In this document: positions 38,995-48,248 of the stretch, piece after piece
Layout of the letters: each line of letters opens with the position of its first letter
Numbering within the stretch: position 1 is the stretch's first letter
From: a bacterium
GTDB taxonomy: Bacteria; Zixibacteria; MSB-5A5; WJJR01
DNA length: 64,000 nucleotides
Direction of reading: 5' to 3'
Assembly: GCA_035559435.1 (NCBI GenBank)
Contig: DATMBC010000055.1
Span: 45,859 to 109,858 of the forward strand
The notes under the pieces: generated by a model
Told to the model about the DNA's origin: nothing
What the model saw: the letters and a program-made list of their open reading frames with translations, nothing else
Database searches by the model: none
Program-made: the position numbers and the translations under genes

Positions 38995-39720
38995 TTGTGT
39001 CGTCTGGAGGCAGAAACTCCTCCGGGAGGCCCTATCGACCTGATCGCCGAACAGGGCGCGCTCGCGCTGCGAATCCTCAAGTTCTTGTTGCCGGCGGTGC
39101 CGACAACTATCGGCATCACCCTGTCTTCCTTTGCGATCGCGCTGGTCTTGGGCACACTGGTTGGTCTCGCACCGCTGGCGCGCAACCGTTTCATCACGTT
39201 CTGCGCCCGGATCTATGTCGATGTCCTGCGCGGCGTGCCGCTCTTGGTCCAAATCTTCTTCATCTACTTCGGGTTGGGCTCTGTCCTCAATTTGAATCGC
39301 TTCGCCGCCGGAATCCTGGCGGTCGGCATCGGCTATTCGGCCTATCTGGCCGAGATCATCCGTTCGGGCGTTTCATCGATTGCGGAGGGCCAGCACGAGG
39401 CGGCCGCGGCGCTGGGCATGTCACGCCCGCAGGCGATGCGCCATGTCATCCTGCCGCAGGCGACCCGCACCATTATTCCCCCGGCGGCCAATGAGTTCAT
39501 CGCCTGCCTGAAGGACTCGTCGTTGGTCTCGATCATCGGCCTGCGCGAATTGACCCGCGCCGGGCGCGAGTACTACTCACAGTACTTCGTCGACTTCCAG
39601 ACCTGGTTTCTGGTCGGCTGTCTCTATCTGGTGATGACGCTGGCGCTGACCAAGCTGGCCCGTCATCTCGAGCGCCGTTTCGCGGTGCGGGGATTCGGCG
39701 CCGGAGGGCTGCGGCATTGA
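38995..39720 (+). CDS. amino-acid ABC transporter permease
   Basis: His/Glu/Gln/Arg/opine-family permease with EAA-like loop motif (IYVDVLRGVPLLVQIFFIYFG). The start is uncertain (TTG at 38995). Confidence 0.8.
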   Translation: MCRLEAETPPGGPIDLIAEQGALALRILKFLLPAVPTTIGITLSSFAIALVLGTLVGLAPLARNRFITFCARIYVDVLRGVPLLVQIFFIYFGLGSVLNLNRFAAGILAVGIGYSAYLAEIIRSGVSSIAEGQHEAAAALGMSRPQAMRHVILPQATRTIIPPAANEFIACLKDSSLVSIIGLRELTRAGREYYSQYFVDFQTWFLVGCLYLVMTLALTKLARHLERRFAVRGFGAGGLRH

Positions 39721-40463
39721 ACCGGATTGACGACCGTCCCGTCGTGCGCGCCGAAGCGCTTTGCAAACGCTTCGGCGAGTTTGTCGCACTTGACCATGTC
39801 GACCTGGATGTGTCCTACTCCGAGGTCGTGGCGTTGGTCGGACCGTCGGGCGCGGGCAAATCGACCTTCCTGCGCTGCCTGAATGGGCTGGAGTCGGTCG
39901 ATTCGGGCACGATCACCGTCGCGGGGCAAAAGGTCGATCCGCGCGATGAGTCCATTCACACGGTGCGCGCCCAGATCGGCATGGTCTTCCAGCAGTTCAA
40001 TCTCTTCCCGCACCTGACCGCGCTGGAAAATGTCGCGCTGGCGCCGCGCGTGGTGCGCGGGCTGTCCGCCGCCGATGCCGGGCGTCTGGCCGAGGAGAAA
40101 CTGGTCCTCGTCGGGCTGCGCCACAAGCTCGGCGCCTACCCGGCTGAACTCTCCGGCGGACAACAGCAGCGTGTCGCCATCGCCCGCTCGCTGGCCATGC
40201 AACCCAAGGTCATGCTCTTCGATGAACCCACCTCGGCGCTCGACGCCGAGATGATCGGCGAGGTGCTTGCGGTGATCCGCGATCTGGCCGCCGCTGGCAT
40301 GACCATGGTGGTTGTCTCGCACGAGCTCGGCTTTGTCCGCGAGGTGGCCGGACGGATCGCCTTCTTTGAGAACGGGCGCATCATCGAGTGTGCCCCGCCG
40401 GACCAAATCCTCAACGGCGCCGCCGATCCGCGCGTGCGCGAGTTCTTCCACCGTATGCTGTAG
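39717..40463 (+). CDS. amino-acid ABC transporter ATP-binding protein
   Basis: Walker [10 protein letters not shown], signature [16 protein letters not shown], Walker [12 protein letters not shown]. Confidence 0.9.
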   Translation: MNRIDDRPVVRAEALCKRFGEFVALDHVDLDVSYSEVVALVGPSGAGKSTFLRCLNGLESVDSGTITVAGQKVDPRDESIHTVRAQIGMVFQQFNLFPHLTALENVALAPRVVRGLSAADAGRLAEEKLVLVGLRHKLGAYPAELSGGQQQRVAIARSLAMQPKVMLFDEPTSALDAEMIGEVLAVIRDLAAAGMTMVVVSHELGFVREVAGRIAFFENGRIIECAPPDQILNGAADPRVREFFHRML

Positions 40464-40502
40464 GCGAGGGAACGAGCGACCGTGTCGTTGCGTTAAACAG
40501 CC

Positions 40503-42200
40503 ATGAGATTCTCCCGCACGCGTTTGTTGTTGCCGCTTTTGATCGTCGCCGGATGCGCCGGCATGTTGAACGCGGCGGGCATCTCCGACCCGGTGCGTCA
40601 GGCCGCCGCCGCCGGCGACCGTGTCTGGGTCTTCATCTCCGATAAAGGGCCCGACGCCGATGCGCGCGCCCGCGCCAGGATCGTGCCGCCGCGCGCCGCG
40701 GCACGGATCGCCGCCCGGGGATCGTCATTCGACCCGCGCATCGACCTGCCGGTGCACAACGGCTATCGCCACGGCCTCGAACAGGCCGGTATGGTGATCA
40801 AGAACGAATCCCGCTGGCTCAATGCCGTGACCGGTTGGATTCACCCCGAGGACCTGCCCGCCATCGCGCAACTGCCGTTTGTCGACTCACTCCGGCCGGT
40901 CGTGACCTTTCATCGGCCCGAGATCGCCGGGGACGATCTGCCTTCGCCATTGCCGCGCCGCGCCGTGGCATCCGAGGACGTGTTCGACTACGGCGGCGCT
41001 GCGGCGCAGATCCAACTGCTGGGCGTCCAGTACCTCCATCGCGCCGGATTGAGCGGACGCGGTGTGCGCATCGGCATGATGGACACCGGCTTCTCGCTCG
41101 GCATCCGCGCCTTCGACTGCCTTGACATCCGGGGCACGCGCGATTTCATCAATGGCGACGACGATGTCGGCGACAACGAGGCCTCGCAGATGCGCCATGG
41201 CACGCAGACCCTGTCGCTCTGCGGCGGGTTCGACGAGGGCCGGATGGTCGGAGTCGCTCCCGGCGCCCAGTTCGTCGTCGCCAAGACCGAGCTGGTCGAT
41301 CTGGAGATCGAAGCCGAGGAGGACAACTGGGTCGCCGGCCTCGAATGGCTCGATTCGATGGGTTGCGAGATCGTCTCCAGTTCGCTGGGATATGTGGACT
41401 GGTACGGCCAGGATGACTTCGACGGCAACACCGCGCCATCGACCATCGCGGCCGATCTGGCGGCAGCGCGGGGTGTTCTGGTCGTCAACGCCGCCGGCAA
41501 CTATGGCTGCGGCGATGGCGACATTCGCATCATCGTGCCCGCCGACGGCGATTCGGTGCTGACCGTCGGCGCCTCGACATTCGAAGGGGTGCGCGCCAGT
41601 TTCTCCTCCTGCGGGCCGACCAGCGACGGACGCATCAAGCCCGATGTGATCGCCCCCGGGCAGGGCGTCTGGGTCGCGCTGCCCAACACCGGAATGTATC
41701 AGCCCGGCAACGGGACATCGTTCGCCACGCCGCTGGTGGCCGGTGTCTGCGCGCTGCTTTTGGAGCAGAATCCCGCGCTGTCGCCGTTCGATTTGATCCT
41801 GCTTTTGCGCTCCACCGCCGACCAGGCGACCAAGCCCTGGCCCACCTACGGCTGGGGGCTGGTGCAGGCGGTCGCGGCGGCCGGACTGGACACCAACGCC
41901 ATCGAGCCGGTGCGGCCATTTGACTGCAACCGTGTGGCCGGGAGCGTCGAATTGCGCCCCAATCCCGCCTCGGAATCGGTGACCATCAAAGTCACCGGCG
42001 GACCAAACAGCGACGGCGACTTCCGCATTTTCACGGTCTCTGGCGGTTTGGTCTATGAAGGGGAAATCCGCGCCGGCGAAGGGACGTGGGACGGCCAGAC
42101 CATCTCCGGCGCAGACGCCGCCCCTGCGGTTTATCTGATCCATATTCACACTGAGATCATCGAAGAAGTCCTGAAGCTGGCCTGGCTGCCGCGGGATTGA
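40503..42200 (+). CDS. S8-family subtilisin-like serine peptidase with C-terminal T9SS-type sorting domain
   Basis: Asp (MMDTGF), His (HGTQT) and Ser (GTSFATPLVAG) catalytic motifs. The C-terminus VELRPNPASESVTIKV...FRIFTVSGGLVYEGEIRAGEGTWDGQTISGADAAPAVYLIHIHT...EEVLKLAWLP is CTD-like. Confidence 0.85.
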   Translation: MRFSRTRLLLPLLIVAGCAGMLNAAGISDPVRQAAAAGDRVWVFISDKGPDADARARARIVPPRAAARIAARGSSFDPRIDLPVHNGYRHGLEQAGMVIKNESRWLNAVTGWIHPEDLPAIAQLPFVDSLRPVVTFHRPEIAGDDLPSPLPRRAVASEDVFDYGGAAAQIQLLGVQYLHRAGLSGRGVRIGMMDTGFSLGIRAFDCLDIRGTRDFINGDDDVGDNEASQMRHGTQTLSLCGGFDEGRMVGVAPGAQFVVAKTELVDLEIEAEEDNWVAGLEWLDSMGCEIVSSSLGYVDWYGQDDFDGNTAPSTIAADLAAARGVLVVNAAGNYGCGDGDIRIIVPADGDSVLTVGASTFEGVRASFSSCGPTSDGRIKPDVIAPGQGVWVALPNTGMYQPGNGTSFATPLVAGVCALLLEQNPALSPFDLILLLRSTADQATKPWPTYGWGLVQAVAAAGLDTNAIEPVRPFDCNRVAGSVELRPNPASESVTIKVTGGPNSDGDFRIFTVSGGLVYEGEIRAGEGTWDGQTISGADAAPAVYLIHIHTEIIEEVLKLAWLPRD

Positions 42201-42217
42201 CCCGGCGCGCTTCCTCG

Positions 42218-42247
42218 TTGATTCGCCCCGGCCGGCCGTTGTATACT
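42218..42247 (+). promoter_or_regulatory. candidate sigma-70 promoter for tRNA-Gly (TTGATT-18 nt-TATACT)
   Basis: -35 TTGATT at 42218-42223 and -10 TATACT at 42242-42247. The tRNA begins at 42263. Confidence 0.45.
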
Positions 42248-42262
42248 GAAGCGCCTGACCAC

Positions 42263-42336
42263 GCGGGAGTAACTCAGTTGGCTAGAGTCACAGCCTTCCA
42301 AGCTGTTGGTCGCGGGTTCGAATCCCGTCTCCCGCT
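42263..42336 (+). tRNA. tRNA-Gly, anticodon UCC (no encoded CCA)
   Basis: Acceptor GCGGGAG/CTCCCGC, D-arm ACTC...GAGT, anticodon stem ACAGC/GCTGT with loop CTTCCAA, T-arm GCGGG-TTCGAAT-CCCGT. Length is 74 nt. Confidence 0.9.
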
Positions 42337-42405
42337 CTCACCTTGAAGAACCACACGCGCCGGATCGTCCGGCGCTGTCTGCCAACCCTCACTCGGAGAC
42401 CACAC

Positions 42406-43047
42406 GTGCGAAATCGCCTGCCTGTTGCCGCACTGACGCTGACCGTCGGCCTGTCGCTGTTGCTTGCCGCCTGCGGTGATTCGAATGTCGAAACCGTCAA
42501 GAAGGACGGGACCACTCCACAGTCCGCCGCGTCGTCGGCAACGACTCCCAAAAGCGGCGGCTCGGGCAGCGCCACAGGCGCCACCGCCGGCGCCGCCGGT
42601 GTCAGCTGGTCGATTCCCGAGGGGTGGGCGGTGATGGGCGCGCGGCCAATGCGGGCCGCCACTTACCTGATCGGCGAAGGCGACAACGAATCCGAGTGCG
42701 CCGTCTTCTTCTTCGGCACCGGTCAGGGCGGCGATGTCCAGTCGAACATCAACCGCTGGATCGGGCAATTCCAGCAGCCCGATGGCTCCGACTCGAAGGG
42801 CAAGGCGCAAACCAGCCACCTCGAAGCCAACGGCCTGCATGTCACCACCATCGATTTGACCGGGACTTACATGTCCGGCGGCATGATGGGACAGGCGCCG
42901 GTCCCCAAGCCGGGGTTCCGTCTGCTCGGAGCAATCGTCGAAGCTCCCGAAGGTCCGCTGTTTTTCAAGCTCACGGGACCGGAGAAGGCCATCGCGGAAA
43001 TCAAGCCCGACTTCGACTACTTGATCGCCAATCTGAAGAAATCGTAA
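42406..43047 (+). CDS. hypothetical lipoprotein
   Basis: Lipobox LLAAC after a signal peptide, with GGAGAC RBS before GTG at 42406. The track ORF starting 7 nt after the tRNA was trimmed. Confidence 0.45.
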   Translation: MRNRLPVAALTLTVGLSLLLAACGDSNVETVKKDGTTPQSAASSATTPKSGGSGSATGATAGAAGVSWSIPEGWAVMGARPMRAATYLIGEGDNESECAVFFFGTGQGGDVQSNINRWIGQFQQPDGSDSKGKAQTSHLEANGLHVTTIDLTGTYMSGGMMGQAPVPKPGFRLLGAIVEAPEGPLFFKLTGPEKAIAEIKPDFDYLIANLKKS

Positions 43048-43052
43048 GTCGG

Positions 43053-43637
43053 TTACAGATGCGCCACCGTGCGCAGGATCAGAACCAAATCGCCGGCGAA
43101 GGAGCGTGTCCGGACATACTCCTTCGCCATCGCGATTTTCTGGGGCAGGATTTCGGTCACGTACCTGGCTTCCGGATCGGATGCGGCGGCCAACAGCAGT
43201 TCTTCACGGCGGAACTTGAGACTTGCCGGGTCGGTGATCCCCGGACGCGCCTGCAGGATCACCTCGTAGTCGGCACGGAACATCTCGACATAACGGCGGA
43301 CTTCGGGACGCGGTCCAACCAGACTCATGTCGCCGCGGACGACATTCCACAACTGCGGCAATTCATCGAGTTTGGTGCGGCGCAGCAACCGCCCGACCGG
43401 TGTCACACGACGGTCCCCGCGCGAGGTGACCAGCGGGCCATCGATTCCCTCGTACATCGTGCGGAACTTGACGATCCGAAACGGCGCAAAGCCGCGGCCG
43501 ATCCGCTCCTGACGGAAGAACACCGGGCCGCGGCTGGTTCCCACCACGGCCAGCGCGATGAGCACAAGCAGGGGCGAGGCGACAATCAGGCCGGCCGTGG
43601 CGCAGACCAGGTCGAAGAGGCGCTTGCCCATCGTCAC
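43053..43637 (-). CDS. bacterial sugar transferase (small monotopic phosphoglycosyl transferase, PglC/WbaP C-terminal-like)
   Basis: [31 protein letters not shown]...[24 protein letters not shown]...[22 protein letters not shown]. Confidence 0.85.
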   Translation of the reverse strand: MTMGKRLFDLVCATAGLIVASPLLVLIALAVVGTSRGPVFFRQERIGRGFAPFRIVKFRTMYEGIDGPLVTSRGDRRVTPVGRLLRRTKLDELPQLWNVVRGDMSLVGPRPEVRRYVEMFRADYEVILQARPGITDPASLKFRREELLLAAASDPEARYVTEILPQKIAMAKEYVRTRSFAGDLVLILRTVAHL

Positions 43638-44836
43638 TTTGCCTGCGCGCGGGCAATCGCGGTGACTGCGGCGATGACCGACTCGACATCCTCATCGGTC
43701 ATCTTCGGGTAGATCGGCAGACTGATCGAACGCTGGTAGCTGGCCAGCGCGCGCGGGAAATCCTCCGGCTGGTAACCGTAGGTCTCGACATAGTACGGAT
43801 GCAGGTGCAGGGGAATGAAGTGCACCGACACGCCGATGTTGGCGCGTTTGAGTTCCTCGATGAACTCATCCCGTCCGATCCGCAACGCCTCCAGACGCAG
43901 ACGCAGGATGTAGAGATGCCAGGAGTGCACGTCGCCTGCGGGAGCATCGGGCGGCGGCTCCACCAACTCGGCGATCTCCCTGAACGCCTGCGTATATCGG
44001 CGTGCGATCTCCATACGGCGCGCATGAAACTGCTCGGCCTTGCGCAGTTGCGCCAGCCCCAGCGCCGCGGCGATGTCGGGCATGTTGTACTTGAAGCCGG
44101 GGTAGAGGATGTCATACTTCCATGAACCCGCGGCGGTGTAGCGCGTCCAGGCGTTCTTGCTGATCCCATGCAGACTCATCATCCGCATGCGCTCGGCCAG
44201 CCCTTCATCCTGCGTGGTGGCCATGCCGCCTTCGCCGGTGGTGATTGTCTTGGTTGAGTAGAAGGAGAAGCAGGTGACATGGCCAAGCGTGCCGACCATC
44301 CGGCCCTTGTAAGTGGAGGGGAAGGTGTGGGCGGCATCTTCGATGACTGCCATGCCGTGGGCACGGGCAATCTGGGTGATGGCGTCCATGTCGCACATGA
44401 GTCCGCCGATGTGCACCGGGATGACCGCCTTGGCCCGCCAGGCTTTGCGTGTCGCTTCGGCCAGCGCGTCGGGATCGATATTCATGGTCACCGGATCGAT
44501 ATCAACCAGGAGTGGAGTGGCGCCGAGGTAGCGGATTACCTCGCCGGTGGCCGCGAAGGTCATCGGCGTGGTCAAAACCTCGTCTCCTTCGCCCACCCCG
44601 ACCGCTTCCAGCGCCAGATGCAGCGCCGCGGTGCAGGAATTGACTGCGATGGCGTGCGCCGCTCCGACTTTCGCGGCAAACTCCTCCTCAAAACGCTTCA
44701 CCTTGGGCCCGGAAGTCAGCCATCCCGACCGCAGCGTATCCACCACCTCGGCGATTTCCTCCTCGCCGATGGTGGGCGCCGCAAAAGGGAGAAAGGTCGC
44801 GCGCGCAGGCAGTCCGGTCGTGGGTGTCATGCTCAT
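43634..44836 (-). CDS. DegT/DnrJ/EryC1/StrS-family PLP-dependent sugar aminotransferase
   Basis: ...VNSCTAALHLALEAVGVGEGDEVLTTPMTFAATGEVI...SFYSTKTITTGEGGMATT (PLP Lys). It overlaps the sugar transferase by 4 nt. Confidence 0.9.
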   Translation of the reverse strand: MSMTPTTGLPARATFLPFAAPTIGEEEIAEVVDTLRSGWLTSGPKVKRFEEEFAAKVGAAHAIAVNSCTAALHLALEAVGVGEGDEVLTTPMTFAATGEVIRYLGATPLLVDIDPVTMNIDPDALAEATRKAWRAKAVIPVHIGGLMCDMDAITQIARAHGMAVIEDAAHTFPSTYKGRMVGTLGHVTCFSFYSTKTITTGEGGMATTQDEGLAERMRMMSLHGISKNAWTRYTAAGSWKYDILYPGFKYNMPDIAAALGLAQLRKAEQFHARRMEIARRYTQAFREIAELVEPPPDAPAGDVHSWHLYILRLRLEALRIGRDEFIEELKRANIGVSVHFIPLHLHPYYVETYGYQPEDFPRALASYQRSISLPIYPKMTDEDVESVIAAVTAIARAQAK

Positions 44837-45123
44837 GCGCCGGAAATAGGCGCATTCTGAGTCGAAAGCAAGGGGGGATTGGGAGTGTCAGACAGATCGT
44901 GGATTCTCACGATCCCGGGTGTTGTGGATGACGAGCCACAACCTGGAGACTGTGGGGCGTGGCCCCCGCTTCGCTTGGGCCATCAAGGGGCTGAAAGCCC
45001 CTTGTCGCGCAGATGCGTGTCTATCTGGTATTCCGGAAGCAATTCAAGTCAGGCAAATCGTGCGTTAGAACACGTCGGAGACAAGGGGCGACGGCGCCTT
45101 GCCTCGCACGCGCGATAAACGTC

Positions 45124-45567
45124 CTAAAACGGCAAGTCCTCCTCATCCCCGCTGACCGTTCCCTTCGGAGAAGAGGAGTAGCCGCGGCTGGCGGTCGGCT
45201 GGCCGTTGTCGAACGACGGTTCCGGACCGCCCTCGTCGCGCTTGCCGCCCAGCATCACCATCTGCTCGCAGACCACTTCGGTGAAATACTTCTTCTGGCC
45301 GTCCTGCTCATACTGACGCGTCTCCAGACGACCCTCGATGAAGACCTGGCGTCCCTTCTTCAGATACTGATTGGCCACTTCGGCGGTGCGCCCCCACACC
45401 TTGATGTTGTGCCACTGCGTGTCTTCCTTGTCGTTGCCGTCCTTGTCACGCCACTTGCGGGTGGTCGCCAGCGAAAACGTGGCCACCGCCTGTCCGCTCG
45501 GGGTGTACTTCAGTTCGGGGTCCTTGCCGAGATTGCCGATCAGCATGACTTTGTTGAGCGACGCCAT
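45124..45567 (-). CDS. ssb: single-stranded DNA-binding protein
   Basis: MASLNKVMLIGNLGKDPELKYTPSGQAVATFSLATT... is the OB fold. The acidic C-terminal tail is DEEDLPF. The track ORF extension was trimmed. Confidence 0.9.
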   Translation of the reverse strand: MASLNKVMLIGNLGKDPELKYTPSGQAVATFSLATTRKWRDKDGNDKEDTQWHNIKVWGRTAEVANQYLKKGRQVFIEGRLETRQYEQDGQKKYFTEVVCEQMVMLGGKRDEGGPEPSFDNGQPTASRGYSSSPKGTVSGDEEDLPF

Positions 45568-45822
45568 AATGCCTCCTGAGCCTGCCCGCCCGTGGCGGGA
45601 ATGTGTTGCGTCAGTCCTTGCCAGTACGTCCGTGGCTATCATCCACAATTCGGACAATTCGGGTCAATCACTTTCATGTCAACTTATCCACAGGGGTGCG
45701 GTCTGCGGTCACGGCCCTGACCGCGGCGGCCTATGTCGTTGCCAGCCGCCCGGTTTCGACCGCGGGGCTCTTCGCCCCACACCCCTTGACGCGCCCCCCG
45801 AATTAGGTGAGATTCCCCGGCA

Positions 45823-46683
45823 ATGAAGCGACTCCGACTGGCCATCGACCAGATGGCGCCCGTGCTCGGCGACCTGGACGCCAACTTCAAGCGGCATCAG
45901 GACGCCATCGCCTGGGCCAAGACCCAGAAGGCCGACCTGTTGGTCTTCCCCGAACTGTCGCTGTCCGGCTATCTGGTTCGCGGCATGGTCCACCATGTCG
46001 GCATCACCCGCGATGACCCGCGTCTGCTGGCGCTGGCCGGCGCCGCCGGCGGGATGTCGATTGTGCTCGGCATGGTCGAAAAGTCCGACGATGGGCAGTT
46101 TTTCAATGTCGGCTGCTATCTGCGCGATGGCCGGGTTGCCGCCATCCAACGCAAACTCATACTGCCCAATTACGGCATGTTCGAGGAGCGCCGCTTTATG
46201 GCCTCGGGGGCGCATCTGGAGTGTTTCGACACACCCTGGGGGAAAGCCGGCATCCTCATCTGCTTTGATTTGTTGCATCCGGCGACGGTCTACCTCCTCG
46301 AACAATCCGGCGCGCATCTGCTGATCTCGATTTCCGCCTCGCCGGCGCGCGGCATCAGCGCCGAAGGCCACATGGCTGGCGAGCAGGTGTTCCGCGTGGC
46401 GCAGGAGGCGGCGGCGCGTCTTTGCGGCCTGATGACGGTCTACGTCAACCGCGTCGGTGTCGAGGAGGGGGTCACCTTCTGGGGCGGCTCGCAGGTCATG
46501 GATCCCTTCGGCGTGGTGCTCTGCGAATTGCCGATGTATGAGGCCGCGCGCGCCGTCTGCGAAATCGACATGGAATCCGTCAGCCGCGCCCGCACGTTGT
46601 TCCCCCACCTGAAGGAGAGCCGTCCCGACCTGATCCTGCAGGAGATGTGGCGTCTGCGCCAGGGCGCCGCGCCCATGCCATGA
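45823..46683 (+). CDS. carbon-nitrogen hydrolase (nitrilase superfamily), likely the glutaminase partner of NadE
   Basis: E-K-C triad context: VFPELSLSGY...RKLILPNYGMFEE...ILICFDLLHP. The stop overlaps the nadE start (ATGA). Confidence 0.75.
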   Translation: MKRLRLAIDQMAPVLGDLDANFKRHQDAIAWAKTQKADLLVFPELSLSGYLVRGMVHHVGITRDDPRLLALAGAAGGMSIVLGMVEKSDDGQFFNVGCYLRDGRVAAIQRKLILPNYGMFEERRFMASGAHLECFDTPWGKAGILICFDLLHPATVYLLEQSGAHLLISISASPARGISAEGHMAGEQVFRVAQEAAARLCGLMTVYVNRVGVEEGVTFWGGSQVMDPFGVVLCELPMYEAARAVCEIDMESVSRARTLFPHLKESRPDLILQEMWRLRQGAAPMP

Positions 46684-47528
46684 ACCCGCGCCTGGCCGCC
46701 ATTGATCTGACTATTGATCCGCCGCTGACTGTCGGGCTGCTGGTCAATTTCCTTTGCGACCAACTTGCCCAGAAGGGTTTCGAAGACGCCGTCCTCGGTG
46801 TCTCCGGCGGCGTCGATTCGGCGCTGGGTGTCGCGCTGCTGGCCACCGCGCTCGGCCCCGAGCATGTCACCGGTCTGGCGATGCCGGCAACCCAATCCGA
46901 TCCGCGGAGTCTCAGGGATGCCCGCCTCGTCGCCGAAACTTTCGGCATCGAGTTGATCGAACGCCCCATCGGCGCGCTGGTCGACCGTTTCTTCGCCGGC
47001 CAACGCCACGTCGACCGGGTCCGTCTCGGCAATGTCGCGGCGCGGATGCGCATGATTCAGCTGTTCGACTACTCGCAAGAGCATCACGCATTGGTGATCG
47101 GCACATCCAACAAAACCGAGCTGTTGCTGGGCTATGGCACCTGGTTCGGCGATCTGGCCTGCGCCATCAATCCACTCGGCGATCTCTACAAGACCCAGGT
47201 CTGGGCGCTGGCCGATTGGCTGGGCGTGCCCGAACCCGTGATCGCCAAGGCCCCCTCGGCCGATCTCTGGAAGGGCCAGACCGATGAGGGGGAGCTGGGC
47301 TTCACCTACGACGAGGTCGACCGTTTCCTCTATCTGCTGGTCGATCGCGACTACTCCCTCGAGTCGCTCCGCGAACTGGGATTCGCGCCGCGGTTTATCG
47401 CCAGCGTGCTGAAACGAATTGCCCGTTCGCAGTTTAAGCGCTCGTTGCCGACCATTCCCAAACTCTCGACCAAGACCATCGGCATCGATTTCCACTTCAC
47501 CCGCGAGTGGGGCGGATGGCCCTCATGA
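46680..47528 (+). CDS. nadE: NAD+ synthetase
   Basis: PP-loop ATP pyrophosphatase motif LGVSGGVDSALGVALL, 282 aa. Confidence 0.85.
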   Translation: MNPRLAAIDLTIDPPLTVGLLVNFLCDQLAQKGFEDAVLGVSGGVDSALGVALLATALGPEHVTGLAMPATQSDPRSLRDARLVAETFGIELIERPIGALVDRFFAGQRHVDRVRLGNVAARMRMIQLFDYSQEHHALVIGTSNKTELLLGYGTWFGDLACAINPLGDLYKTQVWALADWLGVPEPVIAKAPSADLWKGQTDEGELGFTYDEVDRFLYLLVDRDYSLESLRELGFAPRFIASVLKRIARSQFKRSLPTIPKLSTKTIGIDFHFTREWGGWPS

Positions 47529-48205
47529 GCGCGGGCGTCCTGTTCATCGTCGCCACTCCCATCGGCAATCTGGGCGATATCACCGCGCGCGCGGTGGCCA
47601 CGCTGGGCGCGGCCGATCTGGTGCTCTGCGAGGACACACGGCGCACCCGCACGCTGCTGTCACATCTGGGCCTGTCGCCGCGGCTTCTGTCGGTGCGCGA
47701 GCACAACGAACGCGCCCGCGCGGCCGGCCTGCTCGAACGGCTCGCCGCCGGCGAAACGCTGGTCTATGTCAGCGACGCCGGCACACCCGGCATCTCCGAC
47801 CCCGGGGCGCGGCTGGTGGACACCGTGGTCGCCGCCGGATTCCCGGTGGTGCCGATCCCCGGCCCGTCGTCGGTGACCGCGCTCCTGTCGGTCTGCGGTT
47901 TCCCCGCCGACCAGTTTGTCTTCGAAGGATTCCTGCCGGTGAAAAGCGGCCAGCGGGCGCAGCGCCTCGCCGCGCTTGCCGCCGAGACACGGACCCTCGT
48001 GCTGTTTGAATCGCCGCACCGGATCGTGCGCACGCTGGCCGAGATGCGCGACGCCTGGGGCGAGCGCTCCGCCTGCGTCGGACGCGAACTCACCAAGAAG
48101 TTCGAGGAGATCCGTCGCGGCACGCTGGGCGAGCTGGCTGACTGGGCGCAATCTAAGTCGATGCGCGGCGAATTCGTGTTGGCCGTGCGCGGCGCGGGGC
48201 GCTGA
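47525..48205 (+). CDS. rsmI: 16S rRNA (cytidine1402-2'-O)-methyltransferase
   Basis: MSAGVLFIVATPIGNLGDITARAVATLGAADLVLCEDTRRTRTLL... ATGA overlaps the nadE stop. Confidence 0.85.
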   Translation: MSAGVLFIVATPIGNLGDITARAVATLGAADLVLCEDTRRTRTLLSHLGLSPRLLSVREHNERARAAGLLERLAAGETLVYVSDAGTPGISDPGARLVDTVVAAGFPVVPIPGPSSVTALLSVCGFPADQFVFEGFLPVKSGQRAQRLAALAAETRTLVLFESPHRIVRTLAEMRDAWGERSACVGRELTKKFEEIRRGTLGELADWAQSKSMRGEFVLAVRGAGR

Positions 48206-48248
48206 AGTCGGTTGCCGCCCTCCCGCCCGTGTGTTACCTTCGCGCGCG

